From NCBI GenBank assembly GCA_019058315.1, contig JAHPZH010000002.1, positions 352,001-416,000 on the forward strand: DNA of 64,000 nucleotides. The letters are read 5' to 3'. Of the stretch, positions 1-9,867 are shown one piece after another. The first letter of the stretch is position 1; each line of letters opens with the position of its first letter. Made by a program: the position numbers and the translations under genes. The DNA is from Candidatus Helarchaeota archaeon. GTDB taxonomy: Archaea > Asgardarchaeota > Lokiarchaeia > Helarchaeales > RDOG01. Below the pieces are notes generated by a model, which was not told where the DNA came from, made no database searches, and was given only the letters and a program-made list of their open reading frames with translations.

Positions 1-393
1 AATTATTCCTTCTTTATCTAATATTAATAATGCTGGCATTCTTCCTAACTTTGTCCAATTGACTTCTTGCTTTAACATTTTTAGAACTGTTTTTTTTGGA
101 TCATAATATATTGCAAATTTATTTTGGGCATATTTAGTTTCAAGTTTTTTAGCATTTTTCTCTCTATCCGGAGTGATTGGATATAAAACAGTATTCAACT
201 CTTCAAATTTCTCAATATCTCTTGCTAATCTCCTAATATGTGCTCTACAATATGGTCACATAATACCTCGAAGCATTATTACAATTACATTTTTCTTTCC
301 ATAGAATTGATTGATATTGATTGTTTCTTCTCTTGAACTTGGTAGATTAATTTCTGGAATTTTCTTCCCAATCATGTCGAACTTATCTTTCAT
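1..393 (-). CDS. Peroxiredoxin/AhpC-TSA-like thioredoxin-fold selenoprotein (3'-truncated by window edge; Sec at codon 46)
   Basis: Manual translation from ATG at 393: MKDKFDMIGKKIPEINLPSSREETININQFYGKKNVIVIMLRGIM-TGA(258..256)-PYCRAHIRRLARDIEKFEELNTVLYPITPD...GRMPALLILDKEGII. The frame stays open to base 1. TGA sits at the first Cys position of a CxxC motif. Confidence 0.88.
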
Positions 394-590
394 CCTTTTC
401 TTACTCACTTTTTATGATGATCTTATATGTTCTTAAAACCCCAAAGAGAAAATTTCAATAAAAATATGTTTGATTATTTTTTACCTAAAATGAATGTGTA
501 GGATAAATGGAATAATTTAAGCAATATTAAATAAGATTTTAAAGAAAAATAGAAGGTAAGAATATTAAAATAATAAAAAAATTATATAAA

Positions 591-1241
591 TTAAGAAAGT
601 GCTTTCTTACCAGCTTCATAACCTGTCATTAAAGCTTTTATATTAGTTTCAACTGCTCTTGGCCATTGTTTTTCTAAAGTTTTTTTCATGATTTCAATAG
701 AAATTGGAAAGTTAGGAACACAACCGATGCTAAAACCTAATAATACGATGTTCATCTGTAAAAAGGTTCCAAATAATTCCTTTGATTTCATATTTGCATT
801 ATACGTGAAAACTTTTGGAGAAAATTGTTTCATACTCTCAATATATTCTTCTTTTGTAGGATAGTGTAAATCTCCAGAAAAATGTTCTTTTAAAGGCATG
901 GGATATTCGTTCACAACAATTGTGGTTTCAGGCCCTGCATAATTTAAATATCGAATCCCTTCTAAAGGTTCAGATGCAATTAAGACATCTGCTGAACCGC
1001 TCAAAAGTCTTACAGCATATAATGCATCTCTTTCGCTCGATGCACTTATATCTTTATCACTTTGTTCGGGTACTCCATATCTGACAGTAGCTGTTACTGA
1101 TCCTTCTCTCTGGGTCGCTCCCCGCATCTCTGTACCAATCACCCGAATATCTGCATCAATTGCTGCCATTTTTAGAATTTGCCCAAGAGTTACTATACCT
1201 TGACCTCCCACACCACAACAAAATATATTAAATTTCTTCAA
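591..1241 (-). CDS. iorB: Indolepyruvate:ferredoxin oxidoreductase beta subunit
   Basis: GVGGQG N-terminal motif, 'GATQREGSV', 'ADVLIASEPLEGIRYL'; directly downstream of iorA. Confidence 0.9.
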   Translation of the reverse strand: MKKFNIFCCGVGGQGIVTLGQILKMAAIDADIRVIGTEMRGATQREGSVTATVRYGVPEQSDKDISASSERDALYAVRLLSGSADVLIASEPLEGIRYLNYAGPETTIVVNEYPMPLKEHFSGDLHYPTKEEYIESMKQFSPKVFTYNANMKSKELFGTFLQMNIVLLGFSIGCVPNFPISIEIMKKTLEKQWPRAVETNIKALMTGYEAGKKALS

Positions 1242-1256
1242 TTCAAATCTACCTCT

Positions 1257-3167
1257 TTAATGAATTAATATATCCGCCTCAACAATTGCTGAATTTGGAC
1301 ATACATCTTTACAGACTCCACAATTTGTACACTTGGCATCCTCAATGTAATAGTATTTCTCACCATTTTCGTCAAATCCAACCCTAATCGCAACACAACC
1401 AAAGATTAATAGACATTCGTCGCATTGTTGGCATCGTTCAGGAATGATTCGATAATAACTTTGTAATGGTTTTATAATGCCCCTAGCGGCTTCTCTCTTT
1501 TCTCTTCTATCGACTTGAATATTACATTCTCTAGAAGAAATTATGACTTTTGGTCCTTTTACATTAAAGGTTTGACGATAAACCCTTTCAAGAGTCTTAA
1601 TGTTATAGGCATCTACTACTCGAATAAATTTAACTCCAAATGCTCGACAAATATCTGCAATTTTTATTGGATCAAAAGGTTCTCCTAAAGAATTAACCCC
1701 CGAATGTGGGAGTGGCTGATGTCCAGTCATTGAAGTCCATCTATTATCCATAATTATTAAAGTTATATTTGCTTGTGTGTATACTGCATTTAGTAATGCT
1801 TGCATTCCGGTATGGAAAAATGTAGAATCTCCCATAAATGTAAAAACGGGTCTATCATCTCTATGAGCAATTCCTTGTCCAATTCCTAGTCCTGAACTCA
1901 TGCAAACCATCCACTCTCCCATACCATATGTTGTGACAAGTGCATTACACCCAATATCTGCTCCAATTATTACATCTTTACCTTCGGTTGCTTTTCTTAA
2001 AGCATAAGCAGTGGCACGATGAGGACAGCCTGCACAAAAAGTTGGTAATCTTGTGACGAGAGATCCTCTTACTTTTCCGTGCATTTTTGAAATAGAATCA
2101 ATATCATATCTCGATTTCACACCTTCTACCGCTTTCATTATGCCTTTAATAACAATGTCTGGTGAAAATTCATCAACACGAGGAAAAACGTCTTTTCCAA
2201 AGACTTTAAATTTCAAACCTCCATCAAAGGCTATTTGTTTAATGTAATTTTCTAAAAATGGTTCCATCTCTTCAAGTACTATTACTGTTTCTAAATCGTT
2301 ACAAAAATTTAATACTTGTTCTTCATCTAGAGGAAATTGGATTCCTGGACGAAATATAGGAACGTCATTTAAATCACAAGCATTTAAAGCTTCCAAAGCA
2401 TATCCAAAAGACATTCCGCCAGCAATTACGCCAATTTTAGAGTCTCCAGGTATTATTTTATTAAAAGGCGATTTAGCAGCATATTTTTTGATTTTTTTGT
2501 GTCTTTTAAAAAGCCGCTTGTGATTTTGGAGGCCGATCATCGCCCCTAATAGAAATCTAGTCTTATCAGGTTTGAATTTACCTTTTCCTTCAATAACTCC
2601 AAGAGGACCTAGTTCTATGTCACCCATGGAATGAGCAATTCGGGTATTAAAATTAATTGTAATGGGGATATCATTTTTCTTTGAAACTGGAAAAGCTTCT
2701 TTAGTAAAATCTTTCAATTCTTGAATAGATGATGGTTCAAAAATGGGAATTCCCATATGTCTAAAAACATCTCTGTTATCTGCCTCGTTAGTAGAGCTTA
2801 TAAGCCCTGGATCACCAGCATGAGCGATGACAAGTGCACCAGGTTTTGTTCCTCCATAAGTGGCGCATTGCATATAATCTGCTGCGACATTTAACCCTAA
2901 CATTTTAAAGCAAACAAGTGCATTTGCTCCACTCCAAGCACCACCAAATGCACTTCCAGCAGCCATAGCTTCATTTGTTGAATATTCGAAATAAATTTCT
3001 GGTATCTCTTTAACTACTTCAGCATAGGCATCTGCAACTTCAGAGGCAGGAGCACCAGGATAAGTTGTAACATAATTACATCCCGCCTCAAGTGCACCTC
3101 GAACGATAGCTTCATCTCCCAGTACTAAAATACGCTTCCCAGGAGAGTCCAACATTATTCTCTTCAT
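1257..3167 (-). CDS. iorA: Indolepyruvate:ferredoxin oxidoreductase alpha subunit
   Basis: 'LGDEAIVRGALEAG..TYPGAP', 'FCAGCPHR', 'DIGC', TPP motif 'GDSTFFH...DN', C-terminal 2x[4Fe-4S] motifs. Confidence 0.93.
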   Translation of the reverse strand: MKRIMLDSPGKRILVLGDEAIVRGALEAGCNYVTTYPGAPASEVADAYAEVVKEIPEIYFEYSTNEAMAAGSAFGGAWSGANALVCFKMLGLNVAADYMQCATYGGTKPGALVIAHAGDPGLISSTNEADNRDVFRHMGIPIFEPSSIQELKDFTKEAFPVSKKNDIPITINFNTRIAHSMGDIELGPLGVIEGKGKFKPDKTRFLLGAMIGLQNHKRLFKRHKKIKKYAAKSPFNKIIPGDSKIGVIAGGMSFGYALEALNACDLNDVPIFRPGIQFPLDEEQVLNFCNDLETVIVLEEMEPFLENYIKQIAFDGGLKFKVFGKDVFPRVDEFSPDIVIKGIMKAVEGVKSRYDIDSISKMHGKVRGSLVTRLPTFCAGCPHRATAYALRKATEGKDVIIGADIGCNALVTTYGMGEWMVCMSSGLGIGQGIAHRDDRPVFTFMGDSTFFHTGMQALLNAVYTQANITLIIMDNRWTSMTGHQPLPHSGVNSLGEPFDPIKIADICRAFGVKFIRVVDAYNIKTLERVYRQTFNVKGPKVIISSRECNIQVDRREKREAARGIIKPLQSYYRIIPERCQQCDECLLIFGCVAIRVGFDENGEKYYYIEDAKCTNCGVCKDVCPNSAIVEADILIH

Positions 3168-3349
3168 GTTTAGCTTACCTTAACATTGTTTTATTATATT
3201 AAATAATCAAAATTCTTTTCAATATAGAATATTTCAATTTGAATTATTTTTATCTTTTCCAATTAAAAATTATTCTCAATTAACAAAAATACAAATTTTA
3301 TTTAATAATAATGCATGTAAATATGATATGAGTTTTCATTAAGTAGGTA

Positions 3350-6300
3350 ATGAATATGATAGGGAATAAATTAACAAAAGCATTCACGTTATTAACTTTA
3401 CTTTTTTTATTAAGTTCGAGTATGCAATTTATATTTTCGCATGAATCTAGCAATTTATCATATATCTACTCTTCAAGTTCTTATACTGAACCAACTGTGG
3501 CAATAGCTAATGAAAATCCTCCTACATTGACTAATGGACAGGTTTATCCGACGATAGGGTACAAAAAGGCCACAAGGTTTACTTTTTCGGTTAATTATAC
3601 TGATGCTGATAATAATACACCTGATTATGTAAATGTGACAATAAATGGGACATCTCATATCATGAATAAGCAAGATGGATTTGATAGTAATTATACGGAC
3701 GGTTGTATATATGAATCTATTATATTATTAAATGAAACCGGGTCTTATACTTATCATTTTACTTGTTCAGATGGTATTTTTCCAGCAAGTCTTGGAACGC
3801 AAGTTGGTCCAACCGTAGAAAATTGCTCCTTATTTGAGAGTATGTACATAAATCATACCTTTACAAATTCTACTGGTGGAAGTGGTCCTTCGAGTTTTGT
3901 TTATTCATTTAACTCAGGACATAGTTTTAACGCGACTTGGACTTATTGGGGAGAAACATGGGATGTAGATGTTCGAAATAGAATCATAGAAAACACCACA
4001 AGTTGGTTTGGTAATAATAATCACACTCCAGCATGGATTTTTACAAATATTTCACTTGGAGATTCGGTCTTAATTGCTGTTAATAGTGAAGGTGACCATA
4101 CATTTAATGTTTCAGACGAATTTGAATATCAACTTTCGGGATTTGGTCCCATAGAGGTCTTGGTGTTGGAAGATCTGACTACTCCAGGCGGAATAGCTTG
4201 GTATGAGAAGAGCACAGGAATTCTTCTAAATGGGACTTTTTATTACAATGGAACGTCACAAAATTATACTTATGATTTTGTAAATACAAATGTTGAGTTC
4301 TCTTATATACCAAACTATCCACCAGAATTGACTCCAGGATTTATCGCACCATTAATTTACAATCAAACCAGTCTTTTAAATTTCACTGTTAATTATACAG
4401 ATAAAAATAATGATGTTCCCGAATATGTGAACGTGCTAATTAATGGAACTTCTTATCCAATGGAAAAACAAAACTCATCGGATGAATACTACATAGATGG
4501 TTGTTTATATCGATATCTTATTTATTTACAACCAGGAACTTATAATTATTCATATGAATGCTCTGATGGAGCTCTTTATAATTCAACAAGCACTTATTTT
4601 GGGATAAATATTGTGGGAATTAATTCCAATTCTCCTACATTAATTAATGGGCAGGTAGATCCAGTTACAGGTTGGAATGGGGTGACATATTTCGCATTTA
4701 CGGTGAACTACACCGATACAGATAATAATGCTCCTAATTATATGAATGTGACAATCAATGGAACATCCTATTCTATGACCCAACAAGATATATATGATAG
4801 CAATTATTCCGATGGTTGTTTGTACTTATATAATACAACATTAAACGTAGTTGGTAATTATTCTTATTACTTCAATTGTTCGGATGGATCTTTTCCGGCA
4901 AGCATTGGTCCATACAGCAATTTAATGGTCGAGGAAGTAGAACAACTTGTAATTTTAATGCCAACACCTTCAAAATATGTAGACCCTTATGTAGATAAGT
5001 TTAAAATTTGGTATTATAACGAGACAAATAAACCAATTGATGTCACACATGTTCGTAAGGGAGGAGTTGAATGTATTGAATATGTTGAAGAACAAGGAGG
5101 GAATCCTAATGAGGATGTTATTGCAAGTATGGGATATAACGATATGGATCGTCTTAGGTTGGGGGGTTATCTAGATCCTTATCAGAGCCCAAACGCAATA
5201 TTTATTAATGATACTTATCTTGAAACAATTCCTGGAAAAAATCCTGATGGGTATTTCACCGGATTTAGTTATAATGCCTTAGGAATTATGGTGAATAATG
5301 ATACTCTTCAAAATAATAATCTATCATATCCTACGGGATATAGGGACTTAGCGTTTAACCATAGTTATAAGGATTTCATTATTATGGGCTCTCCTGTTTT
5401 AGGCACAATTGCCCATACTAATATACAATTAATACTTTTTCACTATGGTTGGATTCAAGGATGGAATATAACCCTTCATTTGGCTTCATTAATAGACGAT
5501 TTCACTGACACAACTGGAACTGCAAATAGTTTAACTGCTGCTGGAGATTATGCTGCAGTTTTGACTAAAGACTCCTACTGGTGGGAATATACTGTTCAAA
5601 ATTACTCTGTTGGTTGGGTATGGCCAGATGAGGGTTCATATTTCCGAATTTTGCATACTGGCATATTGAGTGGAGCGAAAAATGAACAAAACGCTCAATT
5701 TTGGGTGGATTGGATGCTTAGTAAAGAAGGACAAGAAGCATGGATTGACTGTCGTTATGAAGGTGTGTTAAGATCTGACATTACATTGCCACCTGGAATG
5801 CATAGTATGAATGATTTGGCTAATATTACAGAAGCTGAACCAAATTATAGGCAAGATATTGAAGAAGCCCGATATGATACAGTAACTGATATATGTACGA
5901 ATATTATAGGATACCATGGTGAGTTAAAGAACAATTATGATGATGAGGAAGTTCTTGAATATTACCTTAATCTATGGGTAATAAAACCTCAGCAGGAAGC
6001 ACAAAAAGCAATAGAATTAGCAAAAGACACTATAAACTTAGCTTTTATGATGCCATTATCTGATCAAGGGCTAGATTTTCTTATTGTTTCAATAAATTTA
6101 TTTAATCATGCTAAAGAAAAGTACAGCTCAGAATATAACTATGAACAGGCAGCCTCAATAGCAAAAGATGCTGATTACTACGGAAAAATAGCAATGTTAT
6201 TCCCTGTTCAACCTCCAGTTTGGTTATATTACGTAATTATAACAATTATAGTCATAGCGTCATTTGTAATTATACTAAGTGTTTATTTAAAAAGAAGACA

Positions 6301-7414
6301 ACTAGAAAAACATAGTAAAGAGCTAGAGGTAAAGGTTAAAGAACGAACAAGTGAGTTATCTAAAGAAAAACAAAGAATTGAAACTATTATTGAGACTGTT
6401 CCAAATGGAATACTGGTATTGGAGTCAGATGGATCTTTATATTTATCTAATAGGATCTTTAGAAGATATTACCAAAAAATTTTACAAGAAAAGATACATC
6501 AAGACTTTAATATTAATGAAACTCCAAGTATTCAATTGTTTGATACTATAAGAAAGCTAATCACTTCAAAAGATCCGGAACCGATAACTATTGAACCATA
6601 TAAGGGGTTATATTTAAAATTATATTCGGCCCCGCTAGAATCTCGAACGAAAAAACCATTCGGTTTTATAATTGAACTTAATGATGTTACTCCATTTGTT
6701 GAATTTGATAATCAAAGAAAACAATTTGTTTCAACTGTTTCCCATGAATTACGTACACCTATCTCAGCAATTATTCAATCATTGAATAATATAAAGAAAT
6801 ATGGAGATCGAATGCAAGTTGATACGCGAAATAAATTAATGAACATATTAGATCTTAATGCAGATCTACTGGCACAGATGATTGAAGACCTATTATTGGT
6901 TTCCAGAATTGATGAAAAGAGAATTAAGCTTGAATGGAAGAAATATAATCTTAAAGATCTTCTAAATGAGGTTTTGTACGTATTAGAACCTAAAAGAAGG
7001 GAAAAAGAAATCGAAATAACTCTTGAGGCTGATAATGATATTTTATTATTTGGAGACCAAAAAAGAATTGGTCAAATATTCAGAAATCTAGTCGATAATG
7101 CAATAAAATATTCACCCAAAGGAAGTAAAATAGTGGTTAAAACAATTGATAATTATTTAGGTAAATATAACCAATTAAAAAAAGAGGGTGTCTTAATACA
7201 AGTTATTGATAATGGAAGAGGTATTCATAAAGATGAAATTTCCCACCTTTTTCAAAGGTTTTTTAGATCTGACGAAATAAGAGAGATAAGCGGTACAGGA
7301 TTGGGGCTATCAATAGCCAGAGATTTAGCCCGTAATCACCAAGGAGAAATATTCGTTGATAGTGAGTATGGGAAAGGATCAACATTTTCTGTTTTCCTTC
7401 CCAGAATACCTTAA
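3350..7414 (+). CDS. Membrane sensor histidine kinase with large extracellular region (3 repeats + ABC solute-binding-protein-like domain), PAS, HisKA, HATPase
   Basis: N-terminal hydrophobic signal; three copies of 'PTLxNGQV...FxVNYTDxDNNxPxYxNVxINGTS..M...DxNYxDGCxY'; SBP-like segment ('YQSPNA','GIMVN','AQFWVDWMLSKEGQ'); TM helix near aa 962-985; 'VSHELRTP', 'NLVDNAIKY', 'DNGRGI', 'GTGLGL'. Confidence 0.9.
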   Translation: MNMIGNKLTKAFTLLTLLFLLSSSMQFIFSHESSNLSYIYSSSSYTEPTVAIANENPPTLTNGQVYPTIGYKKATRFTFSVNYTDADNNTPDYVNVTINGTSHIMNKQDGFDSNYTDGCIYESIILLNETGSYTYHFTCSDGIFPASLGTQVGPTVENCSLFESMYINHTFTNSTGGSGPSSFVYSFNSGHSFNATWTYWGETWDVDVRNRIIENTTSWFGNNNHTPAWIFTNISLGDSVLIAVNSEGDHTFNVSDEFEYQLSGFGPIEVLVLEDLTTPGGIAWYEKSTGILLNGTFYYNGTSQNYTYDFVNTNVEFSYIPNYPPELTPGFIAPLIYNQTSLLNFTVNYTDKNNDVPEYVNVLINGTSYPMEKQNSSDEYYIDGCLYRYLIYLQPGTYNYSYECSDGALYNSTSTYFGINIVGINSNSPTLINGQVDPVTGWNGVTYFAFTVNYTDTDNNAPNYMNVTINGTSYSMTQQDIYDSNYSDGCLYLYNTTLNVVGNYSYYFNCSDGSFPASIGPYSNLMVEEVEQLVILMPTPSKYVDPYVDKFKIWYYNETNKPIDVTHVRKGGVECIEYVEEQGGNPNEDVIASMGYNDMDRLRLGGYLDPYQSPNAIFINDTYLETIPGKNPDGYFTGFSYNALGIMVNNDTLQNNNLSYPTGYRDLAFNHSYKDFIIMGSPVLGTIAHTNIQLILFHYGWIQGWNITLHLASLIDDFTDTTGTANSLTAAGDYAAVLTKDSYWWEYTVQNYSVGWVWPDEGSYFRILHTGILSGAKNEQNAQFWVDWMLSKEGQEAWIDCRYEGVLRSDITLPPGMHSMNDLANITEAEPNYRQDIEEARYDTVTDICTNIIGYHGELKNNYDDEEVLEYYLNLWVIKPQQEAQKAIELAKDTINLAFMMPLSDQGLDFLIVSINLFNHAKEKYSSEYNYEQAASIAKDADYYGKIAMLFPVQPPVWLYYVIITIIVIASFVIILSVYLKRRQLEKHSKELEVKVKERTSELSKEKQRIETIIETVPNGILVLESDGSLYLSNRIFRRYYQKILQEKIHQDFNINETPSIQLFDTIRKLITSKDPEPITIEPYKGLYLKLYSAPLESRTKKPFGFIIELNDVTPFVEFDNQRKQFVSTVSHELRTPISAIIQSLNNIKKYGDRMQVDTRNKLMNILDLNADLLAQMIEDLLLVSRIDEKRIKLEWKKYNLKDLLNEVLYVLEPKRREKEIEITLEADNDILLFGDQKRIGQIFRNLVDNAIKYSPKGSKIVVKTIDNYLGKYNQLKKEGVLIQVIDNGRGIHKDEISHLFQRFFRSDEIREISGTGLGLSIARDLARNHQGEIFVDSEYGKGSTFSVFLPRIP

Positions 7415-7492
7415 ATATTATCCGAAAAAGTCTAAATTATAATATAATATAAATGATAATTATAAAAAATTGAGAAAAATAGAGGAATATAG

Positions 7493-8371
7493 ATGAAACC
7501 TATGATATTGGTCGTTGAAGACAAGGAAGATATTTTGTTAAATTTGAAAATTACTTTAGAATTTAACGAATTTAATGTAACTACAGCAAGAGATGGAGTG
7601 GAAGCGTTAGAAAATCTTTCAAAACTTGAAAAACCACCTAATCTCATCTTAAGTGATATAATGATGCCTAGAATGAATGGCTATGATTTTTTCGAAGAGG
7701 TTTCTAAAAACCCCCTATGGAATTCAATTCCTTTTATTTTCTTAACGGCTAAAACCTCTCCTGATGAGGTTCGTTTTGGTAAAATGTTAGGTGTGGATGA
7801 CTATATCAAGAAACCCTTTAAAGAAGAGGATTTACTTGCCAGTATTTCTGGAAAATTAGCTAAGAGTGAAAAAGTTAAATCAATTAATAAAAAAATTGAA
7901 GAATATTATTCTGCTTTGAAATTAGACTTTATTCCTTCAATAGATGAAAAGGAAAAAAAATCAATTATTTTATTATTAGTAATCTGGGATGATAAAGTGG
8001 GACCTGAATTGAAAATTTCCTATCCACATCAAATACAACTACCTGTACCCCTCGCAAAGGTAGGATTTCAATTATTTAATAGTGTGTCGTCTATTTACGG
8101 ACAAAGTGAAATCCAAGAAGCAGAAGGTATTCTGATAGATATTAAAAATATACAAAAGCAAGGGTATATTTATTTTAATGCAATTCCTAATTTAGAAATA
8201 AGAGGATTTGAACAACCATTCATGTTAGGAGTAATAACTTCACAGATCTCTTACTTTGAATCATTAAAGATAAAAGAAGTTCTTCAAGAAATATCAATAG
8301 AAATTAAAGAGTGTCGACAATGGAATATAGAAAAATATTGGGAGCAGATTTCAAATCTCCTTTCTACATAA
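7493..8371 (+). CDS. Response regulator (REC) with C-terminal longin/uDENN-like domain
   Basis: 'ILVVED', 'LSDIMMPRMNG', 'FLTAK', 'KPF' define REC; C-terminal domain starts 'LLLVIWDDKVGPELKISYP'. REC is secure, the C-terminal fold is inferred. Confidence 0.85.
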   Translation: MKPMILVVEDKEDILLNLKITLEFNEFNVTTARDGVEALENLSKLEKPPNLILSDIMMPRMNGYDFFEEVSKNPLWNSIPFIFLTAKTSPDEVRFGKMLGVDDYIKKPFKEEDLLASISGKLAKSEKVKSINKKIEEYYSALKLDFIPSIDEKEKKSIILLLVIWDDKVGPELKISYPHQIQLPVPLAKVGFQLFNSVSSIYGQSEIQEAEGILIDIKNIQKQGYIYFNAIPNLEIRGFEQPFMLGVITSQISYFESLKIKEVLQEISIEIKECRQWNIEKYWEQISNLLST

Positions 8372-8919
8372 ATTCTGCCCTAAAAATCCTTTAATTTCTT
8401 TTATTATATATTCTTAAATACCCATTTGGAATAATTTTTTCCGCTCTGGAAAATTAGTAGATAAATCTTGCTGGTTTTTATTAAGTTCTGTCATGAAAAT
8501 TTCCCTATTTATATTTTTATTTCATCTCTTCTTATTAAAAAATTTATAAAAATAAAATTTATTGATTAAGAATTCAGTTAATTTAATAATAGTCTTTTTC
8601 CACTTTCGTAAAAATCTAAAAATTTATTGAAATTAATTTATTCAAAAAATTTATTTTAATAATCGAGATTTTTTTTATTGATAAAATTAAAATTTATAAG
8701 GTATTCAGCTTATTGGCATTTTATAATAATTCTATTATAAAATAAAATATGATTTCTATTATTTTCCTTTTATAAATATCAAGAAATTGCTTTCTTCATC
8801 CCATACATTTATAAATTTAACAGTCATCAGTAAAAGTGAAATTTCATTTATACGAAAAATAGCTATAAATATCAATTTCAACTGGAAAATATGTTTTTAC
8901 GAGAGGCGGATAAAAAAAT

Positions 8920-9846
8920 ATGACCTCAAGAGCATTTGAATCACTAGACGAAGTTTTTAGCAAATTTTTACAAAATAAAGATAGCATTTTTAAAGATAGA
9001 GAAGCATTAAGTCATGGTTATGTTCCTTATAAACTCTATCATAGAGAAAAGCAATATAAATCTATTTTTGAAGCGTTATTAACAGGATATAAAAATAAAA
9101 ATTCATTCATTTTATGTTACGGAGATGCAGGAACTGGAAAGACTTCTTTAATAATGTCCTTATTAAACAAAATCTCTAAAAAATGTGAGGAGATTGGCTG
9201 TAATGACATATTTACTTCTTTAATTAATTGTCGTCTGACGACCACTAAATATCGAATACTCGTCAACTTAATTAGCCAAATTGGATTACCGATCCCTTCT
9301 AGACTTAATTTTAATAAATTATTTCAAAGATTTAAAAAAGAAATTGATACGAAAAATCGATTTATAATATTAGTCTTAGATGAAATTGATAGAATCTTTG
9401 GTAATAGTTCCAAAAATGCAAAAAATATTGCTAATCTATTAATAAGTCTGAGCAATCAGTTAAAAAATACAAAATTATGTATTATTGGAATATCTAAAGA
9501 TTTGAATTTTAAAAATCATTTATCTGCAGAGTTTTTATCAAATATAAGTATTTATTTGTGTGAATTTCAGCCATATAATGCAAACGAAATGCGATACATT
9601 TTGAGTGAAAGAGTCATTTTAGGATTTTGTCCTGGTGTTGTATCTGAAAGAGTATTAAATTTAATCGCTGTTTTTTCAGCAGAAGCGGGGGGAGATGCTA
9701 GATATGCATTATGTTTATTACAAAAAGCAGGAGAACTTGCTGAAAGAAATGGTGAGAAAACTATAACTGAAGAACATGTAAAAAATGTCCGTAAAATATT
9801 AAAAAACAGTAATAGTAAATATAATGGATATTGTAAAATAAATTAG
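8920..9846 (+). CDS. cdc6: Cdc6/Orc1-family AAA+ ATPase lacking the C-terminal winged helix
   Basis: 'YVPYKLYHRE', Walker A GDAGTGKT, Walker B LVLDEID, 'FQPYNANE', sensor-2 GDAR; ends at 308 aa soon after 'ITEEHV'. Confidence 0.85.
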   Translation: MTSRAFESLDEVFSKFLQNKDSIFKDREALSHGYVPYKLYHREKQYKSIFEALLTGYKNKNSFILCYGDAGTGKTSLIMSLLNKISKKCEEIGCNDIFTSLINCRLTTTKYRILVNLISQIGLPIPSRLNFNKLFQRFKKEIDTKNRFIILVLDEIDRIFGNSSKNAKNIANLLISLSNQLKNTKLCIIGISKDLNFKNHLSAEFLSNISIYLCEFQPYNANEMRYILSERVILGFCPGVVSERVLNLIAVFSAEAGGDARYALCLLQKAGELAERNGEKTITEEHVKNVRKILKNSNSKYNGYCKIN

Positions 9847-9867
9847 AGAATAATAAAAAAAATTTCA

